Part shown: positions 24,311 to 36,399 of the stretch, in pieces
Position numbering within the stretch: the first letter of the stretch is position 1
Layout: each line of letters begins with the position of its first letter
DNA from: Mustelus asterias
Taxonomy: Eukaryota
Assembly: GCF_964213995.1 (NCBI RefSeq)
Contig: NW_027590150.1
Span: 558,001 to 622,000 of the forward strand
Direction of reading: 5' to 3'
DNA length: 64,000 nt
Position numbers and translations under genes: made by a program
The notes under the pieces: model-generated
What the model saw: the letters and a program-made list of their open reading frames with translations, nothing else
What the model was told of the DNA's origin: nothing
Databases searched by the model: none

Positions 24311-26094
24311 CCTGTAAAGGAGTTTGCGGCAGAAATCACAGTCAGTACAGGATCAAAATTCAGAACTAGAATTCTAGTTTCTAAGGAACATTCTTTCCCC
24401 ACGCATTCCCCTAAATCTGTAAATTGGTTAAGATACAGGGGGTTGTGATTGGTCATGTTCTCGAACTTGCTGCCTGTGAGGGGAGTCAAGCAGAGATGGT
24501 CAGTAATTTTGAATGTGATTGGATGGGTGCTGCAGGGTTACAGAATGGGACCCACTCCAGACGGACAGGATTGCTCAGCAGGGTCTGGAGTTGTCCAATG
24601 AACTCCTCCTGTGCTGTAATGACTCTGACTGGAAATATATAACGTAGCTACAGTACAATATTACAAGACTAGAAATAATAATAAATGTCCTTTATTGCAG
24701 AACCATCTGATATTTATCACATAACAACACTGGTCATATTTCTGTTCTCAGAGTTTTAAAGCACAGCAAGAGGCCCTTTGGCCCATCGAATTTGTGCCAG
24801 CTCTCAAGCATCGATCTGTTCTAATCCCACCTTCCACCATTTGATCAGTAGTAGCCTTGTAAGCGATGGCATTTCAAGTGCTCATCTAAATGCTTCTTAA
24901 TGTTGAGCGTTCCCACCTCTACCACCCTTTCAGGCAGTGAGTTCCTGATTCCATAACCCTCTGGGTGAAAATCTTTTCCCTCAATTCCCCTCTAAATCTC
25001 CTGCCCCTCCCCTTAAATCTGGAAGTTGACCCAGCGACTAAAGTTACTTGAACTAAGGGTTCATATTTTTGTCCACCCCAATCAGGGCCCCCTCAGCCTT
25101 CTCTGAATTAGGGAAAACAATTCCAGCCTCACCAGCCTCTCTTCATGGCTGAAACTTTCCAGCCCAGGCAGCATCCTGGTGAATCTCCTCTGCACCTTCT
25201 CGAGCGCCATCACATCCTTGCTAAAATGTGGCGACCCGAATTGCAGACAGTACTAGGTCGCTCCGGTGAGAACAAACCAAGTTTCTCCAACCTCTCCTCA
25301 TAGCTAATGCCCTCCACACCAGGCAACATCCTGGTAAATCTTTTCTGTACCCTCTCCAAAGCCTCCCACATCCTTCTGGTAGTGTGGCGACCGGAATTGA
25401 ACACTATATTCCAAGTGAAGCCTAAGCTTCTCTAAAGCTGCAACATGAATTGCCAATTTTTAAACTCAATGCCTCAGCCAATGAAGGCAAGCATGCCGTA
25501 TGTCTTCTTGACTACCTTCTCCACCTGCATTGCCACTTTCAGTGACCTGTGTACCTGTCCACCCAGATCCCTTTGCCTATCAATGCTCTAAAGGGTTCTG
25601 CCATTTACTGTATATTTCCTATCTGTATTAGACATCCCAAAATTCATTACCTCACATTTGTCCAGATTAAACTCCATCTGCCATCCAACCGATCTATATC
25701 CTGCTGTATCCTCTGATGGTCGTGAACACTATCCACAAATCCACCAACCTTTGAGTCGTCCGCAAACCAGTTACATTTGTCAAAGGCCTTACTGAAATCC
25801 ATGTAGACAACATCCACTGCCCTACCCTCATCAATCATCTTCATCACTTCCTTGAAAAACTCAATCAATTTAATGAGACACGACCTCCCCTTCACAAAAC
25901 CATGTTGCTTCTTGCTAATACATCCACTTGTTTCCAAGTGGGAATAAATCCTATCTTGAAGAATCCACTCCAATAATTTCCCTACCACTGATGTAATGCT
26001 CAGCAGCCTGTAATTACCTGGATTGTTCTTGCTACTCTTCTTAAACAAAGGAACAAGATTGGCTATTCTCCAATCCTCTGGGACCTCCTCTGTA

Positions 26095-26518
26095 TGTGGA
26101 GATGCCAGCGTTGGACTGGGCTAAACACAGTAAGAAGTCTAACAACACCAGCTTAAAGTCCAACAGGTTTATTTGGTAGCAAATGCCACTAGCTTTCGGA
26201 GTGCTGCCCCTTCGTCAGGTGGAGTGGGAGATGTGCTCACAAACAGGACATACAGAGACACAAACTCAATTTACAGAATAATGATTGGAATGCTAATCAA
26301 CACTAATACAGCTAATCAAGTCTTAAAGGTACAGACAATGTGAGTGGAGGGAGCATTAAGCACAGGTTAAAGAGATATGTATTGTCTCCAGACAGGAGAG
26401 CTAGTGAGATTTGCAAGTCCACCTGACGAAGGGGCAGCGCTCCGAAAGCTAGTGGCATTTGCTACCAAATAAACCTGTTGGACTTTAACATGGTGTTGTT
26501 AAACTTCTTACTGTGTTT
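26095..26518. mobile_element. Penelope-like terminal-repeat insertion with ~100-bp inverted arms, 12-bp TSD and hammerhead motifs on both strands
   Basis: TSD acctcctctgta at 26083-26094 and 26519-26530; arms ~26121-26223 and ~26418-26519. Confidence 0.88.
26419..26455 (+). ncRNA. Minimal hammerhead ribozyme motif, intact core
   Basis: CCAC-CTGACGA-A-GGGGC-AGC-GCTCC-GAAA-GCTA-GTGG; stems I and II fully paired (one G-U). Confidence 0.7.
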
Positions 26519-26929
26519 ACCTCCTCTGTAGCCAGTGATGATACAAAGATTTCTCTCAAGGCCCCAGCAATTTCCTCCCTTGCCTCTCTCGGTATTCTGG
26601 GGTAAATCCCATCAGGCCCTGGGGACTTGTCTATCTTAATGTTTCTCAAGAACCCCAATACCTCCTCCTTTTTGATCTCAACATGACTCAAACTATCTAC
26701 ACATCCTTTCCCAGACTCATCATCCACCAAGTCCTTCTCTTTGATGAATACGGACGCAAAGTACTCATTTAATACATCGCCATTTCCTCTGCCTCCGTGC
26801 ATAGATTCCCTCCACTGTCCTTGAGTGGGCCAACCCTCTCCCTGTTGCTCTTTATATATGTATAAAAAGCCTTGGGATTTTCCTTAATCCTGCTGCCCAA
26901 TGCTTTCTCGTGACCCCTTTTAGCCCTTA

Positions 26930-28190
26930 GACTTGGGTGAAAGGACTGAGGGGATGGTTGCTAAATTTGCTAATGGCATAAAGATAGGTGGGAAAGTTGT
27001 GAAGACGACATAAGGAGATTTCTTTTATTTCTTTATTGTGTTTCTTCATTTTTCTTCCTCCCTCCCACTCTTTCCCCCTTCTTTATTCCCCTTCCCTGAC
27101 CTTTTCTCCCCCTTTGCTAAATCTTACCTCGTCCCATTCATTCCACCCCCATGCTCCCCCCCCCCCCCCCCCCCCCACCCGCCCCACAAATCCCAAACAT
27201 CTTCATTTTAGCTTCTCTGTCTTTTGGCCATTCACACCCTTTATTCTCTCTGTGGACAGCTATGAGCAGTCTTTTCCCCTGGTTTCTGTGGCTATGACTC
27301 ATCTTTAATTCCCTCACCCGGCAGTATAAACATCTCCCACTTTCTCTGCCTTTTAGCTTTAACAAAGGGCCGTCTGGACTCGAAACATCAGCTCTTTTCT
27401 CTCCTTACAGATGCTGCCAGACCTGCTGAGATTTTCCAGCATTTTCTCTTTTTGGTTACAAAAATATATCGATAGGTTAAGACCGGGGCAAAGATCTGCC
27501 AAATGGAATATAATGTGGCAAAAAGTCAAATCATCCATTTTGGCAGGAAGAATAAAAGAGAAGCTTATCATTTAAATGGTGTGAGATTGCAGAGCTGGGA
27601 TTGCAGAGGGATCTGGGTGTCCCAGTGCGTGAATCACAAAAGGCCGGTATACAGGTACAGCAAGGAATTGGGAAAGCTAATAGACTGTTACTGTTTATTG
27701 CGAAGGGAATTTAATAAAAAAGTAGGAAGGTTATGCTTCAGTTATACAGGATATTGGTGAAACCATCTGGAGTACTGTGTACAATATGGCTCTCACTTCG
27801 GAAAGATGTAAACACATTGGAAACAGCTCAGAGAAGGTTTACTGGACTAATACCTGAAATGGCTGGTTTGTCTAATGAGGAATGATTGGACAGGTTAGAC
27901 TTGTATCTACTGGAGTTTAGAAGAGTAAGAGGCGGCTCGATTAAAACAAATAACAGGAGAACTTCTTCCTCTCAGAGGGTCTGAATGTCTGGAACTCTCT
28001 TTCTCAAAGGGCAGTGGACGCAGAGTCTCTGAATCTTTTGAAGGCAGAGCTGGATAGATTCTTAATAAGCAAGGGGGTGAAAGTTTATCGGGGGGTCGGC
28101 GGGAATGTGAAGTTGAGGTTACAATCAGATCAGCTGTGCACGTATTGAATGGTGGAGCAGGCGTGAGGGACGTACCCCTGTTCTGAATGT
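26930..28190 (+). mobile_element. Degraded CR1 LINE with a nested PLE terminal-repeat fragment (~27020-27460)
   Basis: MEYNVAKSQIIHFGRKN and other RT remnants; insert ends cagatgctgccagacctgctgagattttccagc. Confidence 0.8.
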
Positions 28191-28810
28191 GCATATTCAT
28201 TTGTTATCACATCCTGTACAATAGATTGTAGCATTTTCCCTCCGGCTGATGTCAGGCTGATGGGTCTGTGGTTCCCCGTTTTCTCTCTCCCTCCTTAAAC
28301 AGTGGGGTTTCATTTACCACCTTCCAATCTGCAGCAAAAATTCCACAATCTATAGAATTTGGAAAGATGACCACCAATGTATCCACTATCTCCACAGCCA
28401 CCTCTTCCAACACTCTGGGATGTAGATCAGCAGCTTTTTGGGGATTTATTCACTTCCAACCCCATTAATTTCTCCAGTGCTACTTTTTCACTAATACTAA
28501 TCTCTTTCAGTTCCTCATGCTCACTACTCCCTCTGCGTGCTTTGCGAGCCTTCCAAACATAATTGCGAACAAAATATCTTTAAACTTCCAAACACCCTTT
28601 CACTCTGTGATCCTTGAGAAATCCAAAGCCAGATATTCGCAACAAGGTTAAAAGATTATCAGCCCACTGGAGGCAAAGTGGTGAGACCGGCCAGTCCAGC
28701 AGACAGAGAGCCTCCAATTCTCCCCAGTGACCAACTGTGAGAATGAACAAAATGCAGTCCTGGATGTAACTGAGAGCAGAAACAGTAACAGCAGAATCCA
28801 ACCCCTGGAA

Positions 28811-29401
28811 TCACATGTGAACTTGCTGGTGTCTCCGCAGATTGGATAACTGAGTGAATCCTTTCCCACACTGAGAGCAGGTGAACGGTCTCTCCTTGGT
28901 GTGAACTCGCTGGTGTGTCTGAAGAGTGGATAACTGAGCAAATCCCTTCTCGCACTGAGGGCAGGTGAACGGCCTCTCCCCAGTGTGAAACCGTTGGTGT
29001 GTCTTCAGATGGGATAACTGAGTGAACCCATTCCCACACTGAGAGCAGGTAAACGGCCTCTCCCGCGTGTGAACTCGCTGATGTGTCCGCAGGCTGGATG
29101 ACTGACTGAATCCCTTCCCACACTGAGAGCAGATGAATGGTCTCTCCTCATTGTGAACTCGCTGGTATGTCTGCAGGCTGGATGACTGAGTGAATCTCTT
29201 CCCACAATGAAAGCAGATGAATGGCCTTTCCTCATTGTGAACTCTCTGGTGTGTCTGCAGAGTGGATAATCGACTGAGTCCATTCCCACACTGAGAACAG
29301 GTGAACGGTCTCTCCCCAGTGTGACTGCGTCGATGAGTTTCCAGGTGAGAAGGGTATCTAAATCCTTTCCCACAGTCCCCACATTTCCACCGTTTCTCCA
29401 T
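28811..29401 (-). CDS. C2H2 zinc-finger protein, 7 fingers (one with His-to-Tyr), no KRAB
   Basis: [14 protein letters not shown]...HTGERPF linkers; ATG in strong Kozak context gcaccATGg; upstream leader disabled. Confidence 0.75.
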   Translation of the reverse strand: MEKRWKCGDCGKGFRYPSHLETHRRSHTGERPFTCSQCGNGLSRLSTLQTHQRVHNEERPFICFHCGKRFTQSSSLQTYQRVHNEERPFICSQCGKGFSQSSSLRTHQRVHTRERPFTCSQCGNGFTQLSHLKTHQRFHTGERPFTCPQCEKGFAQLSTLQTHQRVHTKERPFTCSQCGKGFTQLSNLRRHQQVHM

Positions 29402-29927
29402 GGTGCAGGTGTCCTTGTGACTCTCCAGGTCGGACAAACAGTTGAAACCTCATCCACACACAGAACACGGGTACAGTCTCTCCCCGCTGTGAATGCTGCG
29501 ATTTCTTTTAGGCTGTGCAACTGAAGCGTTTTCCACATGCAATGCACTGGAACACTCTCACTCTGGTGTGTGTCAGATTCGGTGCTTTCCAGTCACACTG
29601 ATGTTTAAAATATGAAGCAGACAGAGCAGAGAAACATCTCTCCTTCGAGATTCAAAGGCTGATGATATTCAGGTCCCGATGAATTGAGTGACTCTGTCAG
29701 ATGTTGATGTGACATTTGGTCTGAGATTTTTGTCTGTAAATCCTCACCTTCTAGATATCCTGTAAAAGGAGTTTACAAAAGTCATCACAGTCAGTACAGG
29801 ATCGAAATTCAGAACAGACAATTCTAGTTTCTATGGAACATTCTTTCCTCTCTCATTCCCCAAAAGCTGTGACTCTCCATCCCACACACTCTCCCTCCAT
29901 TCTCACTCTGCTGTATCTAATATTCAC

Positions 29928-29993
29928 CATCCCAATTCTCCTGAAGGGGCTGATTGAGGCTGATTGACAGATCCATGCTCACTGCTTCCTGTC
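29928..29993 (-). other. Conserved 66-nt ZNF upstream exon (QEAVSMDLSISLNQPLQENWD)
   Basis: tgtccag|gacagg...tgggatg|gtgaat; 168-nt intron to acceptor at 29760; near-identical to 56562-56627. Confidence 0.7.
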
Positions 29994-30049
29994 CTGGACA
30001 CAGAGAGCTGAAAATCTCCATGCAGGCGGCCAGACAGATATATGTCTTT

Positions 30050-31510
30050 GTAGAGTCATAGAGGAAACAGGCTCTTTGGCCGAACTTGTCCATGCCACCT
30101 TTTTTTTTAAACCCCTAAGCTAATCCCAATTGCCCGCATTTGGCCCATATCCCTCTATACCCATCTTACCCATGTCACTGTCGAAATGCTTTTTAAAAGA
30201 CAAAATTGTACCTGCCTCTACTACTACCTCTGGCAGCTTGTTCCAGACACTCACCACCCTGTGTGAAAAAGTTGCCCCTCTGGACCCTTTTGTATCTCTC
30301 CTTCCTCCCCTTAAACCTATGCCCTCTAGTTTTAGACTCCCCTACCTTTGGGAAAATATATTTACGAGCTAGCTGATCTATGTCCCTCATTGTTTTATAG
30401 ACCTTTATAAGATCACCCGTCAGCCTCCTACGCTCCAGGGAAAAAAGTTTCAGTCTATCCAGCCTCTCCTTATAATTCAAACCACCAAGTCTGGGTAGCA
30501 TCCTAGTAAGTATTTTCTACACTCTTTCAAGTTTAATAATATCCTTTCTATAATAGGGTGACCAGAACTGTACACAGTATTCCAAGTGTGGCTTTACCAA
30601 TATCTTGTGCAACTTCAACAAGACATCCCAACTCCCGTATTCATTGTCCTGACCAATGAAACCAAGCATGCCGAATGCCTTCTTCACCACTCTGTCCACC
30701 TGTGACTCCACTTTCAAGGAGCTATAAACCTGTACCCCGAGATCTCTTTGTTCTGTAACTCTCCCCAACGCCCTACCATTAACTGAGTAAGTCCTGCCCT
30801 GGTTCAATCTACCAAAATGCATCACCTTGCCTTTATCTATATTAAACTCCATCTGCCATTCGTCAGCCCACTGGCCCAATAAATCAAGATCCCATTGCAA
30901 TCTGAGATAACCTTCTTCACTGTCCACTATGCCACCAATCTTTGTGTCATCTGCAAACTTACTAACCATGCCCCCTATATTCTCATCCAAATCATTAATA
31001 TAAATGACAAATAACAGTGGACCCAGCACGGATTCCTGAGGCACACCGCTGGTCAACCCTCTACAACCACCCTCTGGCTTCTATCAAGAAGCCAATTTTG
31101 TATCCATTTAGCTACCTCACCCTGGGTCCCGTAAGAATTAACCTTATGCAACAACCTACCAGGCAGTACCTTGTCAAAGGCCTTGCTAAAGTCCATGTGG
31201 ACAACATCGACTGCACTGCCCTCATCTACCTTCTTGGTTACCCCTTCAAAAAACTCAATCAAATTTGTGAGACATGATTTTCCACTCACAAAACCATGCT
31301 GACTGTCCCTAATCAGTACTTGCGTCTCTAAATGCCTGTAGATCCTGTCTCTCAAAATACCTTCCAACAACTTACCCACCACAGATGTGAGGCTCACCGG
31401 CCTATAGTTCCCAGGCTTTTCCCTGCAGCCCTTTTTAAACAAAGGCACAACATTTGCCACCCTCCAGTCTTCAGGCACCTCACCTGTGACTATCGATGAT
31501 ACAAATACCT
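30050..31510 (-). mobile_element. CR1 LINE 3' portion with frameshifts
   Basis: ORFs 31053-31478, 30517-31056 and 30193-30501 carry consecutive RT motifs (DFSKAFD, VPQESVLGP, FADD). Confidence 0.93.
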
Positions 31511-31988
31511 CAGCTATGATTGAACTAAAAATATATTTAATGGATAGGATGGCTCCAGTTGGTGAAGATACAGGGCGTTGCGATTGATGATGGTCTTGAA
31601 CTTGCTGCCTGTGGGGGTAGTCAAGCAGAGATGATCAATAATTTCTCAATGAGATTAGATGGGTGCTGCAGGGTTACAGAATGGGACCCACTCCAGACGG
31701 ACAGAATTGCTCGACAGACAGTTTATAGTTTATTTTTGATAATTTATTAATTAGTGTCACAAGGATGCTGACATTAACACTGCAATGAAGTCACTGTGAA
31801 AATCATGAAAAACTATGAAATTACTGTGAGAGTCGGTATGGACTCGAGTTATCCAATGGACTCCTTCTGTGCTGGAATGACTCTATGACTGGAAATATAT
31901 AACGTAGCTACAGGACTATATTACAAGACTGGAAATAATAAATGCATTTATTACAGGACCAGAAGTAAATCTGTCCCATATAATAACG

Positions 31989-32366
31989 ATGTGGAGATGC
32001 CAGCGTTGGACTGGGGTAAACACAGTAAGAAGTTTAACAACACCAGGTTAAAGTCCAACAGGTTTATTTGGTAGCAAAAGCCACACAAGCTTTCGGAGCT
32101 CTTAGCCCCTTCTTCAGGTGAGTGGGAATTCTGTTCACAAACAGAGCTTATAAAGACACAGACTCAATTTACATGAATAATGGTTGGAATGCAAATACTT
32201 ACAACTAATCAAGTCTTTAAGAGACGAAACAATGTGAGTGGAGAGAGCAACAAGACAGCCTAAAAAGATGTGTATTGTCTCCAGACAAGACAGCCAGTGA
32301 AACTCTGCAGGTCCACGCAACTGTGGGAGTTACAAATAGTGTGACATGAACCCAATATCCCGGTTG
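31989..32366 (-). mobile_element. Penelope-like 3' terminal fragment with hammerhead motif on the minus strand
   Basis: Co-linear with 50039-50760; reverse strand cacctgaagaaggggctaagagctccgaaagcttgtg. Confidence 0.85.
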
Positions 32367-32623
32367 TCGTTCATCCACACTGCTAAGGCACCAGCGAGTT
32401 CACAAGTAACCGGAACATGTACATAACTAGAATTACCAGCAATTGGCTAAACCTCCTTTGACAGCACCTTCTCCAACATGGATAAGGGCAGTTTATGCCC
32501 AGAAACCCCACTACCTGCATTTACTCTTCAGAATCTCGCACTATTTTGACTTGGTAGTATACTGCTCTGCCTTCATAATCACTTAGCCAAAATCCTAAAA
32601 CTTATTTCCGAGCAACACAGTAC

Positions 32624-32822
32624 AGTGGCACAGGGTGGCACAGTGGTCAGCACTCCTGTCTCACAGCACCAGGGACCCAGGTTTGATTCCAGCTTTGGGT
32701 GACTGTGTGGAGTTTGCACGTTCTCTCTGTGACTGCATGAGTTTCCTTCAGGTGCTCCGGTTTCCTCCCACACCCCAAAGGTGTACAGGTTAGGTGGATT
32801 GGCTATGCTAAATTGCCCCTTA
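32624..32822 (+). mobile_element. HE1-type SINE, 3' truncated
   Basis: tRNA-like head and V-domain. Confidence 0.8.
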
Positions 32823-34265
32823 AATGCAGGGGGATGCAGGTTACCTCAGGATTACAAGTTGTTTTGAGATTGAAAGCGACATTTGGAGGTGATCGTTTTC
32901 CTGCATCCTTTGAGTTGGTGAAGGTTGTGGTTTGGCAGGTTCTGTCAAAGTTCTTGTCCAGTTGTAGATGTATAAAGTCCTTACCATTCATTCCCTCCCT
33001 GTTTCATCTTCATCTTTCTCCTCTCATTGAGGCTGAATTCTTGTGTAGATCTGGATGGGTGGCAGGTTTCCTGCATTGAAGGACATTAACAAACCATTTG
33101 GGTTTTTAATCACAATCCAGCAGCTTCCGGAGTCACTTCTTCCTTGTGCCGGCTCCACAAATTACCAAATTCATTCAGCTCAATTTCACAACCTGCCTTT
33201 GTGTTTATCACTGTTTTTTCTCCTCTTTAAATTAATTGGCAGACTCGATAAATCCATGAGCCATGTACATATTCAGTGTGAGAGATTGCAACCCCTGAAG
33301 GAGCTGCTTCTCCACTTTTAGTTACACTTCTGTTCTGCCCCATGCTCCAGTGAAGGAGACTGGGGAGGGCAGAGGATCTTTTCCTGGATCTGCTCTTGGG
33401 GCTGGTTAAAACAGTAATTTGTAGTTCAGCAGAGGGTAACTTGGCTGTGGGCCCCTCTTCTGTGGTTTCACAGTAACTTCATTACAGTGTTACTGTCAGC
33501 CTTACTTGTGACTAATAAAAATAAACTTTAACTTTCTTGTCCGTGCTCGTGTGGTCCTGGAGAGGGAGCAGACAGTGTCGACTGGAACACTCGATATCTT
33601 CCACAACTCAGGGTACAGAGTGTCTCACAAACACTGGAAACAAAGTTCTGGTTTAGTTCAGATGGAAGTTCGATTGGTTCACAAGATTGGGGAAACAAGA
33701 TTTGAAATAATATTCCGTGGAAACTAGAATTGTTTGTTCTGAATTTCTGTCCTATACTGACAGTGATACCGACTCTGTCAATGTCTTTTACAAGGTCCAC
33801 AAGGGCGATGAATTGCAGATGGGAAACTGAAACCAAACATCACATCAAGATCTGACAGAGTCACTCAATTCATCAGAACCTGAATACCATCGACCTTTAA
33901 ATGTGGAAGGAGAAATGTTTGTCTGTTCTGGTGGTGTGGAACAATTTCAAACATCAGTGTGACTGGAAAAGCACCGAGACACAGACCTGAGTGAGAGTGA
34001 ACTGACTGGAAAGAGCTTTAACCAGTTACACAGCCTGAAAGAAACATCACACCATTCACAGCAGAGAACCATAAGACCATAAGAATTAGGATCAGAATTA
34101 GGCCATTGGACTCATCGGGTCTGCTCCTCCATTCAATGAGATCACGACTGATCTGATATGACAATCCAATTTTCTGCCTTGTCCCATAACCCTTAATAGC
34201 CTTACTTCGAAGCAATACACATGCTGTGTGTGGACAAGGCTTGAACAGACAAGAACACCTGCACC

Positions 34266-35327
34266 ATGGAGAAACCATGGAAATGTGGGGACTGTGGGAA
34301 GGGATTCAGTTACCCATCGCTGCTGGAAATGCATCGGCGCAGTCACACTGGGGAGAGACCATTCACCTGCTCCATGTGTGGGAAGGGATTCATTCAGTCA
34401 TCCCACCTGCTGACCCACCAGCAAGTTCACATTGAAGAGAGGCTTTTTAACCATGCTGACGGTGATCACAGCTCTAAAAGCCCTGAGGACCTGGTCACGC
34501 ACCAATCTATTCACACCGAGAAACAGTTCTGCTGCTCTTACTGTGGGAAGTTATTTAAGCGATCACAGAATCTCATTGAACACAAACGCACTCATACTGG
34601 GGAAAGGCCGTTCACCTGCTCTGTGTGTGGGAAGGGATTCACACGATCATCCCACCTCGCTACACACCGACTGGTTCACACTGATAACAGACCTTTCAAA
34701 TGTTCCGAATGTGAGAAGAGTTATAAAACCACAAGTGATCTGCTGATACACCAGCGAGTTCACAATGAGGAGAGGCCATTCAGATGTACAGTGTGTGGGA
34801 AGGGATTCACTCTGTTATCCAGCCTCCAGAAACACCAGCGAGTTCACACTGGGGAGAGGTCGTTCACCTGCTCCTTGTGTGGAAAAGGATTCATTTATTT
34901 AACCAGCCTCAGATCACACCAACTTGTTCACTCGGATAAGAAACCTTTCAGATGTTCTGAATGTGAGAAGAGCTTTAAGACCTCAAGTGTTCTGCTGAGA
35001 CACCAACAAGTTCACACTGGGGAGAGACCGTTCACCTGCTCTGACTGTGGAAAGGGATTCACTCGCTCATCCAACCTGCGAACACACCAGCACATTCACA
35101 CCGGGGAGAAACCGTTCACTTGCTCTGAGTGCAGAATGGGATTTTCTCACTCACCCCACCTGCTGAGACACCAACACACTCACAATGGAGAGAGACCGTT
35201 CACCTTCTCTGAGTGTGAGATGGGATTCACTCAGTCAACCCATCTTCTAACACACCAGCAAATTGGCAAGTGTCTGGAGGAATTGGATTCTGCTGTTATT
35301 GCTGCTGTTAATCACATCCAGGACTGA
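34266..35327 (+). CDS. C2H2 zinc-finger protein, 10 intact + 2 degenerate fingers, no KRAB
   Basis: 353-aa ORF from gcaccATGg ([14 protein letters not shown]); leader 33795-34260 disabled and interrupted by a CR1 tail (~34066-34210). Confidence 0.8.
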   Translation: MEKPWKCGDCGKGFSYPSLLEMHRRSHTGERPFTCSMCGKGFIQSSHLLTHQQVHIEERLFNHADGDHSSKSPEDLVTHQSIHTEKQFCCSYCGKLFKRSQNLIEHKRTHTGERPFTCSVCGKGFTRSSHLATHRLVHTDNRPFKCSECEKSYKTTSDLLIHQRVHNEERPFRCTVCGKGFTLLSSLQKHQRVHTGERSFTCSLCGKGFIYLTSLRSHQLVHSDKKPFRCSECEKSFKTSSVLLRHQQVHTGERPFTCSDCGKGFTRSSNLRTHQHIHTGEKPFTCSECRMGFSHSPHLLRHQHTHNGERPFTFSECEMGFTQSTHLLTHQQIGKCLEELDSAVIAAVNHIQD

Positions 35328-35959
35328 ACGATGTTCATTCTGACAGTTGGGGTGTGTTTTCGCTGATGTTAGTGATCGCTATAACTGGGCTGGAGTTTAT
35401 TACTCTGGATAAATGTCAAATTAACTAATATTGTTTAAGACACAAAGCTGAGACCTTCATTTCTTCAGGACAAGAAAAGATTAATCAATGTCTTGTTACC
35501 AATTGCTGCATTTTTGTGACCTTTTCTCCTTTCTCGTTCTAGATTATTTCAGTTTTCATACCTTGTTACTCTCCTGGACAAGTCCCAGCTCCCCATACCT
35601 TCCAGAGTGTCTTTCCTGGCCTTGGAATCCATGGAAGGCATCAGTAACACATCCGTGATCACCAAACACAAATCACAGTTGTTTTCACTGATCCACTTCT
35701 TTCCCCAGTCATTCAGGATGGTGATGTTTGTGGAGCTTTCTCTTGTCCACCACCATTCACGACTGGATGTGGGAGGACTGCAGCTCTGATCTGATCCGTT
35801 GTTTGTGGGATCGCTTGGTCCTGCCTGGAACATGCTGCCTCTGCTGTTTAGCGTGCTTATAGTCCCATGTTATAGAGTCACCAGATTGGAATCTCAGTTT
35901 TAGGGTGCCCAGTGCTGCTCCTGACTTGTTCTCCTACACTCCATCTTGAACTAGGGGAG

Positions 35960-36310
35960 GTGATGACTTGGTGGTATTATTGCTGAACTATTAATCCAGA
36001 AACTCAGCTAATGATTTGGGGACCGGGTTTCAAATCCTGCCACATCAGTTGGTGGAATTTGAATTCAATGAAAAAAATCTGGAATTAAGAATTTATTGAT
36101 GACCATGAAACCATTGTTGATTATCGTAAAAAAACCATCTGGTTCACTAATGCCCTTCAGGGAAGGAAATCTGCTCTCCTTACCCGGTCTGGCCTACATG
36201 TGACTCCCTCTGAAATGGCCTCGCAAGTCACTCAGTTCAAGGGCAACAAGGACTGGGCCATAAATGCTGGCCATCCAGCAATGCCCATTTCCCACGAATG
36301 AATAAAAAAG
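35960..36310 (+). mobile_element. Full-length tRNA-derived SINE (non-HE1 family)
   Basis: A/B-box-like head (gtggtattattg, gggtttcaaatcc), body ggttcactaatgcccttcagggaaggaaatctg, tail gaatgaataaaaaa; partial homologs at 11605, ~33050, ~42630, ~44090. Confidence 0.7.
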
Positions 36311-36399
36311 AATTTCAAGTTGAGGACTCCCAGGATGACTCACTTGCACTGTCCACCTCTGTGCTGCTCCCTCTACTCAGGTCTGAACTGCTGGTAGGA

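Larger units (their letters stand above)
24760..26930 (-). mobile_element. Degraded/rearranged CR1 LINE ORF2 fragments
   Basis: PGPDGIYPR, NPGNYR..SITSVVGKLLE, VYMDFSKAFDK and ERVQKRFTRMLPG motifs with deletions. Confidence 0.9.
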
